From the human T2T-CHM13v2.0 reference genome, Homo sapiens, in assembly GCF_009914755.1 (NCBI RefSeq), contig NC_060926.1: a stretch of DNA of 64,000 nt; one strand, given 5' to 3'. Below are positions 14,521-29,424 of this stretch, one piece after another (the stretch's first letter is position 1; each line of letters opens with the position of its first letter). The notes beneath the pieces are model-generated. The model saw only the letters and a list, made by a program, of their open reading frames with translations, was not told the origin of the DNA and did not search any database. The translations under genes were made by a program, and so were the position numbers.

Positions 14521-16956
14521 CCAGGGGCTGGCTGCTGGGAGCCCAGAGAAGCAGGGTCGACGCCCCAGAAACCTGGGCTCCCTGCAGGCCAAAGTGCCCT
14601 CCCTCATCTCACCTGAAATCAACAGGGAGGGCACCAAAGACCGTCGCCAACCTCCTCACATCTGGAGTGGGCAAGGGCTCAGGACGGGGCTGGCTCAAGG
14701 CGCAGGGAGATCGAGTTCTGCCCACCTGGACTCCATCTCTCTTCTCTGGTCAACAACATGAATGGCGGCAACACTAGGAGACATCCCCGCAGGAAATGCC
14801 ACACCTCTCTCTAATCTCCAGACAGCAGACACCCCTTCCCCACTAACCAAAACAGAAACAAGACACAAAAACTTCAAAACAAGAAAGTGTGGACTGGCAA
14901 AGCTGTCTGCACCAGCGCCTCTGCACCGGGCTCCCTGGAGGACGCGGTCATCAGTTCCGCGCAGGCACTGGGGGTCTGCGAATCTTGGTTCATAAAAAAT
15001 CACCCTGAATAAATAATGAACGGTGCAACCTCTCTGGAAGGCAATTTGATAATGTGTGTTAAAGTCCCCAAGTAAATATTTATGCCATTGGCTGGACTCA
15101 TAAAAGTTATGATATATTCATAGAATGCACCCAAATTTATTTTAAAATAATAGGTACTTTTAACACATTAAACCCTAATTTGTTTAAAAAATCAAACATA
15201 TATACTCTTCAGCATATATATGTACATGTGCTTACATTGTATATAGCTTTTACATTTTAATTAGGGCCATATTATGCATGCTTTTCCCCTAGTAATCACT
15301 GTGAGCACTTTCCACATCAATGAATATAAAAACGCACGTGTTTATATATACACACACACACATAGATATTCACACATACTCACATATGTACATGTATATG
15401 TAGTATTTATGCGGAAGATTCCATTCAAGAACAAAAATGAAATGTTCTCACACATCTTCCCAGAGAAAAAAAAAAATAAAAGAAAAAGTCTCCAAAAAAC
15501 CTTGGCACTAAGAGCTGATGTTCTCATGTTCTGACCTTAAAGACAACTGGCGATGAGGAGGAAGACGATGAGGAGGGCGCCCTACCAGCCCTGATCTTGC
15601 CCTCTCAGGACACCTGGGGACACAGGTGCTCACTGTCCACACCTGCTGCGCTGCAGACCACTAACAACCAAAACCTTCTGAAGAAGAGAAGGCTTTGTTT
15701 AACTGAGTTTTTAATTTTATGTGATGCTGAATATTTATGGTATGAACATCTGAGCCTTTGCTCTTGAACTGAATGTCCTTCCAGGAACACAGCCTCCTTC
15801 TCTGGGTGAAGCTCCACCTGCCAGACCCTCCGCCTTCACTCTGCCCTGCTGCACTCCTTCCTCCTGTGGGCTACTTGGGCCCCTGGGAACAGGACTGACC
15901 GGGAAGGGTGTGTGTCCTGCCCCTTCCCTGTGCCGGGATGGGAGTCTGGTGAGAAGGGGGTGCACAGGGGTTCCACCCGCCATACTCGGCATCTTTCTAG
16001 GCAAGTCAGAATGTGCACAGGAAGGAAGCTCTGACTAAGCTACCTCGAACTATTCTCAACAATTTCTAAATGACACAGTCCCTGGTTTGTCAGAAGAGAA
16101 GTAAGTAGCAAAAGACAGGCGACTGCATTCACGCCACTTTCCCTTCCCCCAGTGTAACCCCAAACCCCGAGCCCCCTTACAGCTCTCCTATAGAAAGGGA
16201 GCCTCCTTGGCAGACATTCTCACACCCTGGGCCATGGCAGGCTGCGGGCACTGGGCCTAAGGGTGGGCTCAGGAGGACACACCTCCGCAGGGCTCCAAAG
16301 GGGACCCGCTGGTGGCAGAGCCTGAACACAGCACAGGCGGTAGCAGGGTCTCCAGGAGCCGGCAGCATCGCTCCCGGAAGCTCTCCAAAAGCAAGAGGCC
16401 CGTCGACTCCCCTTCATGGTGGATAATCAAGCGACCAGATCTTCAAACCCAACTTTCCAAAACCTAGTGGTTAACCTAAAATTCCTCGCATTTTAAATGG
16501 AAATGGTAATGAAACTGAAATTTGGGGGAAGAAACTTAATGTATCTGTTTTCTCATTTTTCTCAGTGATAGAATCAGTAACCATTTTAAGGCTAATAACT
16601 TGATAAATGTCAGTCTAAATATATTATTTATATGTTATAAAGAGAATCACCAAAACTCAAAATAACACTGCAAGTAACAAAATCAGAAGGTTGGAGAAAA
16701 GAGACGGCAGAAAGTGTCTGTGCCGACGGGCTACTCTCTCACATCGTCTGAAGGTGCTGGAACAGGAAAGCACAGTTTAGGGAAAGCGTATGAGCTCATA
16801 AGAGTTCACACAATAAGAACTAAAAAGAGAGCACGGCCTTCCAAATCACCAGAAGGAAAAGAAACCACACACACCAGACCAAATAAAAGGTAAGAAAGCC
16901 CATATCCAAGAAGTCAAATAGGAAACAAAACAAGAAGCATTCACAACAGAAAACAG

Positions 16957-17306
<350 letters not shown>

Positions 17307-17371
17307 TTATCAACATTCATAAATAACACAGTCACATGAAAATTACCAGATTGGATAAAAAACAGGACTGA

Positions 17372-18800
<1,429 letters not shown>

Positions 18801-18814
18801 TAAAAACAAATCCA

Positions 18815-19620
18815 GTGTAAGGCTCAGATTAGACAGGTAAAAAGCCCCAAAAGGCAAATAGAAACAAATTGAAATGTGCAATCGAGATATCGGTATCACA
18901 AAGATTGAATCCAACACTAAATATCAAACATATTTGACCATTTCCTAAGTATAAAGCATGCAATCTACAAAGATGACGGAACTGTCTGAGGCACACACTG
19001 TGGGTACCTTCGAGTAAAAACACAGAACACACAGAATGAAGACACACATGGTCAGCACTAGATATGAACTTGCTCTTGTACACTCACGGCAGAGCAAACA
19101 CACAGGAGGTGTGCATACAGAGGATGGGAATAGTACAATTCTTACTTCAGCCAACAGATAGGCCTCGAACCTCTTATCATTAAGCCATGTATGCCTTTTG
19201 CTGCAAGCCTCCATGAAACATTTACAAAAACCAATGCCACATAAAGAACACAGTTTCCAAATACACACAGTGTAGACTAAACACTGGAACACACTGCAAC
19301 AGAACCAGAAATAAAACCAGGAGAAACAAAAATCCAACCATGGGAAAAATGAGTCTCTTTCTCTTAAACGCTTCAAATTCTAGTGAAAGTGGTAAAAATT
19401 TATAAAGTAATGAACACATCACATATCGAAAATTGTAGGAATTGCCTAAAATTGAGCTCAGAGAACAATGAATAGCTGCCTACATGTAAGTAACTACAAA
19501 AGGAACCCAAACAAATAAAAACATTAGACTCAAAAAGTTAGAAAAATAACTAGAAAATTAAAGCATACATTGTGCACTGAAAAAGAGGAAGAAGATAATA
19601 AAGATGAAAGAAATCCGACA
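18815..19620 (+). mobile_element. Old L1M fragment (host of the young L1 and AluJ insertions; also ~16600-17390)
   Basis: A-rich diverged L1 ORF2-like sequence on both sides of the L1PA insertion. Confidence 0.5.
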
Positions 19621-20754
19621 GATTGCGGATCTAGGCAGAAGCGATAAAGCCTATGGTGGGGACAGTTTGTGCTTCGTAGGGGAAGACAGTGACCTCGGAG
19701 AAGATGGTGCCAGAAGACTCTTAGGAACTGGTCAGCGGCCTTTCATCATGAAAATCTTCAACGACACACAGAGTTAGCGAGAGGAATATAATAAACACCC
19801 ACGTATCCGGCTACCACAATGATCAACCTTAGTCATTCAGCTTCATCTACGAACATCCATCTTTTTTTCTTTATTTCTAATCCCATGGAATGACACATCT
19901 CAACTTTAAATGGATAACAGATGGGAAACGAGCCATATATTTTATTAAAGGTTTCTCACACTAATATTGTGAATTTAAAAGATAATTATAGATTCACAGG
20001 AAGTTGCCAAGAAAGTCCAGAGAGGTTGCAGGTACCCTTCCGCCAGGTTTCCCCCACTGGTTCCACCTTCTGTAGCCAAAAAAAGCCAGGGACCGACCTT
20101 GGTACCGTGTTGTCATCATGACCAAGGCGAGGTACTCCCTCACCACGAAGACCTCCCTCCCACCAGCCCTTGGACTCAGCTCATTCTGCGGGCGGTGGCG
20201 TGTGACCCGCTGAGTGAAGCACAGAGGCCTCACCGCCCTGTCTCTCTTTACCTTCCCCGTTTACAGGCGCCTTAAATGATTCCTCTACATGAAGGAGAAC
20301 CCTGTCAGATGGTATCAGTGTTCTTGCGAATACCATTTAGAAGAATAAAAGAGAAGCGAAGGGGATGGAGCGGACATCGGCCCGTTCTCTGACATAAACC
20401 GCTGAGGAAAGCCAAGGTCTGTGCACAGGAGCGGGGGACACCATGGTGCCACCTGACACCACATCAGGGGAGGAGATGGGAGCATTCTGGGAAACCCTCT
20501 GGAAAAAAAAATCACAGCTCCAACCAACAAAGCTAAGAGCATCTGGTTACCCCACAGGGACTACTGAATTGCAAAGCAAAACAAAAAAGACAGGAGTGTG
20601 GCAGGAGCTTCGGAGACCCTGTGCCCCTCCCCAGGGGTTAAGAGTGGCCAGCTGGGAAGGACGGCCCATGCCCATCTCTGTGTCCTCAGCACTCACCGCA
20701 AGGCCTGGACTCAACTGTGTCACCTCGAGTTGCGCCTCAAAGTGCGCTGAGAGT

Positions 20755-20756
<2 letters not shown>

Positions 20757-20786
<30 letters not shown>
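20757..20786. repeat. (CA)n microsatellite
   Basis: About 14 CA units. Confidence 0.93.
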
Positions 20787-23149
20787 GCCTTCAACTGAAG
20801 AACAGCTACTTCCACATCTGTCCACATTCTTAAGGGTCCCCTAAATGTATGACAAACTCAAAAATCTCATTTTTCAGCCAGTCATCGTGGACGAGAGCCA
20901 TTTTTATAATGCACACACAACTTGAAGTGATTCTTTTCTGGTGAATATTTCTTTCAAAAGGTCCTATTAAATGACAAGCCGAAACTATTGAAGCTATCAC
21001 GAACTTTGAGGAAATAAAACTTTCCTTAACAGGTCACTTAAAAGGCTTTTTTTCTTCTGAGTAATAAGCTGTATCAACAACGCAGCAAGCTTTACTCAAA
21101 AACGTATTCCAAATTTGATTCGAACAGAAAATAAAGTCCTTCCTTGCCAGCATTAAATCCAAATGCGGCTGTAAACTTGCTGCCATAAGGGGCTCCAAAG
21201 ACCCTTCCCACCCAAGGGATGACACCCTGTGCCAGCGCAAGGCCAGAAACAGATCAGAAACGCCTCCCTTCGCTTCCCTGGCTTTTACGGCAGCCCGTGA
21301 TGTTATTCTTGTGGAATTCCGTGTGCAGAGTCCCTGGGTGCTGGCCGTACCAGCCAGGGCTGTATCTGGAGGGAGCAAGACCATCTGTGTGCTTCTGTTC
21401 CACAATTTAATGAAAACGCAAGTGTTAGATTTTTTCCCTGCTCCCTATTTCAGAACTATCCTTAAAGCTCTTTAGAAAATCCTTTTAATGTTTCTAATTT
21501 GTTCTATATCCCCAGGAAGAAAAAAACATCTTTTGGAAATATTTGCAAGCTCAAATTGAGCAAGAGCTGAAAATAAAAACCTGGCATGCAGTTGGTAAGT
21601 TGGCTTTCAAGAAGTGCACAAATGTACTTCCTGGAAACTATAAATAGAACCAGGCCTTACCCCATACCAAAAAAAAAAAAAAAAAAAAATGGTGAAATGT
21701 GCTTTAAGTTCTCATACAGAAGCGCAGCCATGAAAGACAAGCATGACCCCCAGAAATAACAGACAGAACCATCCGTCTGAGATGCTGCTACAATCACGTT
21801 ATGGACAAAGCATTCCTGGAAAATCTTTCTAAGACTCTACAATTCCAATGCAAAAGCAATCGAATAGAAACAATAACAAAAAACTAATGTTTCAGGACTG
21901 AGCACGAATTTAAAGTATTTTTGCTTTGTGATCTTTCGTCCTCACAGCCCCCTGAAGCAGGTCCCAGCGGGGACCTGGGTATCACAGACGGGAGATGCAG
22001 CCAGTAAGCATTGTCACCTGGATTCAAAACTGGCCACACCTCCTGGAACACCACCACCTCCCTGAAACCACTGCAGCCCATCTCTCCAGCCTGCTCACAC
22101 CAGCACAAGTTACACGTTACTCCTGAAAGCTATCCAAATACCCTAAACCCAATGGATAAAAATATATTGTCTGAAAATTAAAAATAGTTTCAGTGGTCTA
22201 GGAAGCCTACAAATCCCACTGCAGTTGCTCTTGCCTTCTCAGTTACGTAAGATCAAGTTTACATAAGAACGCATTTCAGAATTTCCTTCTTAGCAACCTC
22301 CAAACGTTTGGTTATGTGTTTCACCTAACAGCTGGGCCAAAGTAGGAACCACTATTACTTAACAGTAACAGTTGAAATATTTAAAAATAGAAAACATTGG
22401 AGAAGAAGAGAGGGCACCAAGGACGAGGCCTGAAGGAGGTAGCCCCTCTCTCTGGGGCGAGCCGGCCTCTTCCAGGCAGCAACGTACATTCCGCCGGGGC
22501 TTTCTGGAGACCGGCGTGGGCTGCAGCATCTTTCAAGGGCGCTGCGGGTCACTGGGGGTGGAATAATCCAGCAGGCAGGTGGAAATGCAGAAGGCAGGGG
22601 GCTGGTTCAGACTTCTGTCCAGAAAAATCACCTGGGCAGCTTGATAAAAAGTGACTTACGCCTCCCAGCCTCAGTTCCTGAACCAGTAACTACTGTGTGA
22701 TGTCCCCAGGGGCATTAAATGCCAATGAACACACGGTACGCAGCTGAGTGACAGATGGGTGGCCTTGGTAAGGGGACCTGTGGCCATCAGTGTCCTCATC
22801 ATTGCTGTAATGAGGAGCAACCACGAGTCCCACTTTGAGCAGGACCTTGCTGCTGGCTGTGGAGGCTGTGCGCTCACACTCTCTGCCCAGCAAAGATCCC
22901 GGAGCCAGTAACTCTCTTGCCAGCAGGAACACTTTACAAAGTAGGATTTGGTAGAAGATGCATGCCAGCACTAAGCAAACATTGTTTAAAAAAAAAAAAA
23001 AGGGAAAAGAAACAAAGTCTACTTTGTGGACCTTGCACGGAGGAGATCCACTGCCCGGGAGAGTTCATGTCCATGTATCTTTCTGCTATGAATGCCCAGC
23101 GCAGGCCCCTCCCACGTTCAGCGCAGGCTCGCCAACGCCTACCACTCAG

Positions 23150-23910
23150 TGTTCCAAACTGGGTGCCTTTGAAAGCACTGCACAGATCCATACTAATCCT
23201 CATCCCAGCGCAGGGTCTGCTCCACCCACATTCCCCATGAATTCATGCAACTCCATCAGCAGTGCTTAAAGCCAAAAATCCTGAGGTCACCCTCGACTCT
23301 TCTGTTTCCTGCACAGCCCATCTGCAGGCTAAGGAAATCCCATCTACGTCAGATATCTCTAGAATTTGTACCATTTTCTACATTCCCACTCCACCTACCC
23401 GGACTGAGCCCCATCCACTGCCTGGGTTGCTCCCAGACCCTGGTGGGTCTCCCTGCTCCTCCGATGCCTGTCCCACGTGGCCACTGCATTCTCTGTGGCA
23501 TACGTCACGTGGTGTCGCTTCTCTGCTCAGAACCTCCAGGAGCCTCCATGTCACTCAAAGCCATGCCTAATTGATTAACCCGGCCTTTTATGTCTCCCGC
23601 ACCGCCCACTCCCTCTTCTCCTGACCAGGTCTTCGGCCTGCAAATGTCTGCTCACCTTCTAAGGAGGCCTGCCCTCACCAGCGGGTGTAAAATCGCAGCC
23701 CCTCCACTCCCGAACCCTGCTCTGCCTTCCCTGCTCTACTGTTTACTCATTGCCTTTACTAGTTTCCTCTCTTCCTCCCAGGGTAACATGAGTACCATGA
23801 AATAGGGGTCTCTGTGTCAATCATAAATACATGTATTCCATATGCCAAGGGCAGGGGATGGCATTAGAAGGCCCAATCAATATGAATGAGTGAATGAATG
23901 AATGAGTTGA
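23150..23910 (+). mobile_element. L2 LINE 3' portion
   Basis: aagccaaaaatcctgaggtcaccctcgactcttct, ctctgctcagaacctccagg, and the terminal (TGAA)n tail at 23883-23906 typical of L2a/b. Confidence 0.8.
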
Positions 23911-23989
23911 ACGCAGAAATCCACCCTCCTGAATCCCCAGTCCTTGACTGCTCACTCTCCTCCACAGCGATTCTCGCCTCTTACATGTT

Positions 23990-24600
23990 CTAATATTGTA
24001 GGTAATTTACAATCAATAAGCTGGAATTAATGAGCATATTTAGAATCCAGCACCCAATTACTAGAGAATTCAAAATCTTCTCACACATATATTAAAGATT
24101 CATAAAAATTGACCACAAAGCAAGTCTCAGTAAAATTCAACAGCTGGGTAATTTCTAACCATAATGGAGTAAATTAGAAATGAATAACAAAAAAGATGAC
24201 TTGGAAAATTCAGACTTTCGGGAAACAAAAAACACTTCTAAATATTTCATTTTTTCAAATAAAAAAGGAACCAAAAAGCAAATTTCAAAATAACTCTCTT
24301 GAGAAACACCAAGACTTTATGAAGTGTTAATGTAATATGCTTTACAAATTAAATAATACAAATTAGAACTTATCCAAAGCAGCCCCATTTGAACCCCAAG
24401 GGAAGCACAGCACAGAACCCTGAATGCCTCCATCCGAAAGGAAGAAGGGCTAAAAATTAACAAGTGAAATGTTCAACCTAAAAGAACAAGCATATCCGAA
24501 TAAATGCAGAGAAAGGAGAACAGCTATTAAAACAGGAATTAATAAAACAGAGAACACACCCACAAGAGCAGATCCACGAAGGCAGAAGTCGGTCTGCGGG
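23990..24600 (+). mobile_element. Old L1M ORF2 fragment
   Basis: ttcataaaaattgaccac, aaagcaagtctcagtaaaattcaac, tctaaccataatggagtaaattagaaatgaataaca resemble the L1 endonuclease-adjacent region. Confidence 0.65.
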
Positions 24601-27600
24601 AGAGTAAAGCATAGCTGGACTCCCACCACCTGCAGGGTGCCCCCACCCCAGGGGGGGATGAGAAACACCTGGATGGAGGGGTGGAGCCTGGCTGGGCTCA
24701 AGAGCAGGAGAGGGAAGCCAGGAAGGCGGGGAAGGCAGGTCGGCAGGGGAGGGCAGGCCCGCCCAGGAAGGCCCACGCAGGGCTGGGTGCTGTAGAACTG
24801 AAAGAAGTGCCAGCCCCTTCCTCAGGCGCCTGACTAAACCGCCTTCAATTTCTTCCCCTCGCCCGTGGCCACGTACCTGCTACCCAAGGGACACCTCCAG
24901 TCCTCCCTCACCTGGTCAGACACCTGGCTCTGATGGCCCCTCGGAGCCCCTCATTGGAAACACAGAGGGCCTGAGTTTGGTTCTGCATCACGTGTGACAG
25001 TGTGTGCATCTTGCTGTGAGGTCCAGAAATGGAAACCTTCCTTAAAAGATGGGCAGGTTCCTCTGGTAGGGGACATGGTGTTGGTACGGCGAAAACATGA
25101 CATTAGGGTCAAATGTGGCTGCTGAGAAGGAACTCCCTTTCAGCTGCACCGCGACACCCTAACACAGACAAGGGTCGGCAAAGAGCCATCTCCCTCGTCC
25201 TGGCGGCACAGGCTTCCAGATGCCACTGAGGGGCTCCGCAGGCCCTCTGGATACATTTTACAGTCCACAGCCTTAAAGCACACGAAGCTGGTAATAAAAG
25301 AAAAAAGATAAAAAGCCCTTTAACCAGAAATGATGTCATGATGCAAAAATTCATTCCTGGATAATACTTTTGGCCACCAGTGACACTCCGAATACACAAA
25401 CCAAACCAAATTCTCAGTGGAAAAAAAAAATCCTTTCTTCCAACCAATCATCACTTAGAACTGTGGAATCCTCCCCGAGAGATACTCAGTGAGATTTCTC
25501 TGTATTCTGTATCAACACGGTTGAGGGGCACTGCTGGGACTGCCACATAGCTTTCTCTCTCCCTCTAAAGTAGAGAAACAACCAGTCACCAGCTCCACCC
25601 CATCCAGATTTGCTGTGGATGTGTGGACGGTTTTAGAAGCACCCAGAGGATATTTCTCAGACAGCACCCCCAATTCTCCACGACGCCCCAACCAATAACC
25701 GTCTGCTTTCTTACCACCCATGTTCCTTGCTAAGGGCAGACAGTAAGCTCTTCAGAAATCTTTGGGTCGACAGCAACAACAACAATGTAACATGTAATGG
25801 GGGGGGTGATAAATGTAGATAACCCAAACAATCTAATGTCCACCCAGGATGGAGAAACTTTCTATCTTTCTGCCTCAGGCACTGCGGACAGGGAAAGAAC
25901 CAGTTGGAAAGTGAGGCCGGCAGGCTCACGGGTGGGGCTGGCAGGCAGCAGTGTCCTGGGCCGCGTGGGGAGGCACGGTCCCACCTGCCAGCCACAGGGT
26001 GGCATTTCAGAGCCACAGGGCATTTCTGGTCAAAAATAACAGAGTGAACACAATCACGTTGTCAGGATCCCTCCAAGATTCTGCTGAAACAGTGTGTGGA
26101 TTGTTTAGAAAGACACACCAACACAACACACACACAGGAGATGAGAGAGCAGCCACAAAATGCTGGAAGTCAGAAAGGATCTGGGTGAATAAGGTATCAG
26201 AGACAGCAAAGCTGACCCATCAGCCAGGGTGGGCCAAGGGAGGGGCAGACCAGTCTCGGTCACACAGCCCTCCGGGGCACAGGGGCTGGTGGGACCAGGA
26301 CTGGAGGTGAAGGAGAATGAAATATCTGCTCAGGGAATGCAGGGCCCCAACCACCGCTTACCCCACGTGGCTGGCAGAGCCCAGGGACTACTACCCTCTG
26401 GAGAGGGAGATGGAACAGCACTGAAAACTGCGGACCAGTGGAAGCTGGCCAGCTACACGTGAGGTGTCCTGGTCTTCCTGCCCCAGCATGGGGGCAGGGC
26501 AGGCAGCATTGGGCCCTCCCAGTGAGGTCACAGGGGCTAAGCAGCCTGCTGGACACCATGCCAAGTGGGACCGGGCAGCCCCCAGCGGCCAGCACCCTGC
26601 ATGCCCCTGCAGGTCCCGCCAGCCTCAGTGCCCTCTGCTACAGATGGCAGATACCGTGCTCACCAGAAAGGCCAGGAAGACTGTCATCACAGAAGGCAGA
26701 GCCTGGACAGACAGACAAGCACCTTGGGGAAATGCAGACAGAGAGAAGGGAAGACAGGCCCTCCAAAGACAAGCGGAAGGAGCGGGAGGCAGCCCTGGAG
26801 TTCCAGGACAGGAGGGCATGCCTCGGGTGCGGAGGAACATAGTCTCTGCCCGGTGAAATGAGCAAGCAAGCCTCAGAGGGCTAACACCATTAAAAGCCAG
26901 AAGGGCCCTCTGAAGGCAAATGTGACTGACTCAGCAGCTTCACGAGAGTCATCGCCCTGCAGATCAGGTCCAGCGGACTGCAGGTCCAGCAGCTGCCACT
27001 GCAGGGTGGCCCGGGCCCTCTGCCAGGTCTCCCAGCTGCTTCCATCCACCAGGCATCTTCTCAAGACACATTTTCAACGCAATTCAAGCCCTCCTGTTGT
27101 TATGCTTCCCAGCATCAGCTGGGCTGGGTTTCACTTGAGACAGTTGCTCCTAGGGACATTGCCACAAAGGGATGGGAAGGTGGAAGGGACGGTGGTTGAG
27201 CTGCAGGAAGGGCAGAGCCACGAACCTGGGGCCAGGCACACCAGAGGGCACCAGGAAGCAAGAGTGCAAGAGAACACAGACCCCTCCTGTGTGCCAGACG
27301 CTACGCCAGACACTTGCCCTTGCTGCCTGCGCCCTGGCCCAGGACCAAGCAGCCCCGGGACACCAGGTGAGGAGCAGCCTGCTGGAGGCCATGTGGCCGA
27401 AGGGAGACAGGAAGACTGTGCTGCCCCCATGTCTGCCAGGCTCCCAGGCCTTGGAGCAACTCAGCTGAGCCCAGGACCTGATCCTTCACTGGCCTCTGTC
27501 AATACTGAGCCGGAACGGGATGGCAGGAGGGAGCTGTCACTGAGAGTTAGGAGGAAAGTGAATGGGGTGCAAATACAGGCTGTGTACGCCACGTGAAAGG

Positions 27601-27990
27601 TGGTGTTCTTGGCCCCGCAGTGTTTCCAGAGAAACCTGATGTTACTGCTCATGGGAGTTCACAGATCTGAGGGGAAGGAGAGCAGAAATCAGAAGTGACT
27701 TGTCTCCAGGTGGCAAAAAGCAAACAGCATCAGAGAAAAACAGAACGATCTGAAGGTTTAGGGGCGGATAGGGATGAGATATTGGGAAGGACTGGAGAAG
27801 GGGGCATGGGTATGAACAGACCTTGAAAAATAACACCTTTTGAAATTCTTAAGAGGTAATATGCCTTCAGCCATCGAAGGGGAATTGGAACTTGAGGATT
27901 ACTCGACACCACATCTAGTGAACAAGGTAGTGACCAAGCAGGAGGGCGCAGCTTCTGGTCCAAAACTATTCTCTACTATAAAGTAACAAG

Positions 27991-28312
<322 letters not shown>

Positions 28313-28594
28313 ATAAAGTAATGGGGCCAATTCGCCTAATTGCCAAAAGTGACTCTTAAAGCATTTCTAAATTGCTCATAATTGTACACGACACACACAT
28401 GGCCTCCAGGAGTAACGCTATATTGCAGTCAGCTTCTAAAGCCATGTGGGGGGCAGACTCCTGCGTCTGGCCTTTGAGTCATGGCTATTCATACCGGCCC
28501 TCAGGTTAACTTGATGGAGGGCAGTCAACAAACTCTCAACATTAGTTTGAACTAAGAGAATCAAACCATGGGAATTCTTTTCAGATTTTTCAAA

Positions 28595-29424
28595 TGTTGA
28601 CGAAAAAGGCCAAACTCTGTAAAATAGTTGAAGAGGTTTATTTTAAGCCAAATACGAGTGACCATGGCCCAGGACACAGCCTCAGGAAGTCTGTGCCTGA
28701 GGTTGTCACGTTACAGGTTGGCTTTATGCGTTTTAGGGAGACAGAAATTACAGGCAACACATGTAAGGTATATATTGGTTTGGCCCAGAACATCTTGAAG
28801 AAGTAGGGTGAGGACCTCACAGATCCTAGGCAGACTGAAAGGTTTTCTGACTGAAGAGTTGATGTCAGCATAAAAAAATGTTTGAGTTAAGATAAGCGGA
28901 GATTCTCGTTATGTGGATGAGGCCTCCAGGAAGCAGGCTTCAGAGAGAATAGATGGTAAATGTCTCCTATGGGACTTTAAAAGGTGACTTGTAGTTAAAT
29001 CTCTCCTGGATCAGGAAAAAGAGACCTGGAAAGGGCATGGGATTCTCTCCAGAATGCAAATTTCCCCCCCAAGAGGCAGTTTTCTATAGCCACTCAAAAT
29101 AGGTGGAAGGAATATATTCTGGGGTAAAATACTTTTATTTCCTGCAGGGCCTGCTCTCTGTCGCCTGCTGCTATCCCAGAGTCAGGGTGGAACCGGGAAT
29201 CTTACTGCTGTGTCTGTTTTATCAGTCGTGAGATCGCTGTTTTGATGTTAACGCTGGTCAGCTGGGCCTGAACGCCAAAAGGAGGGGGCGTCTAAGGAGG
29301 CCTGTCCAACCCCCCATTCCCATCAGGGCCTGAACTCATTTTTCAAGTTTCTTTGGGACCCCTTGGTCAAGAAGGGGGTCCATTCATTGGGTTGGGGGAC
29401 TTAGAATTTTATTTTTGGTTTACA
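28595..29424 (-). mobile_element. MER4-family (ERV1) solo LTR, about 830 bp, same orientation as HDAC4
   Basis: TG...CA termini and 4-bp TSD caaa (28591-28594, 29425-29428). Minus strand begins TGTAAACCAAAAATAAAATTCTAAG, the MER4 LTR start. AATAAA near the 3' end (28642-28637). Confidence 0.88.

Noticed and set aside
15551-15582. Acidic peptide-like stretch (DEEEDDEEGA)
   Set aside because: Short GAG/GAT low-complexity sequence with no supporting exon structure.
21669-21689. Orphan poly-A run, possible processed pseudogene tail
   Set aside because: No upstream recognisable mRNA body or clear TSD.
26922-27596. 224-aa plus-strand ORF
   Set aside because: GC-rich chance ORF with a non-ATG start and no recognisable homology.
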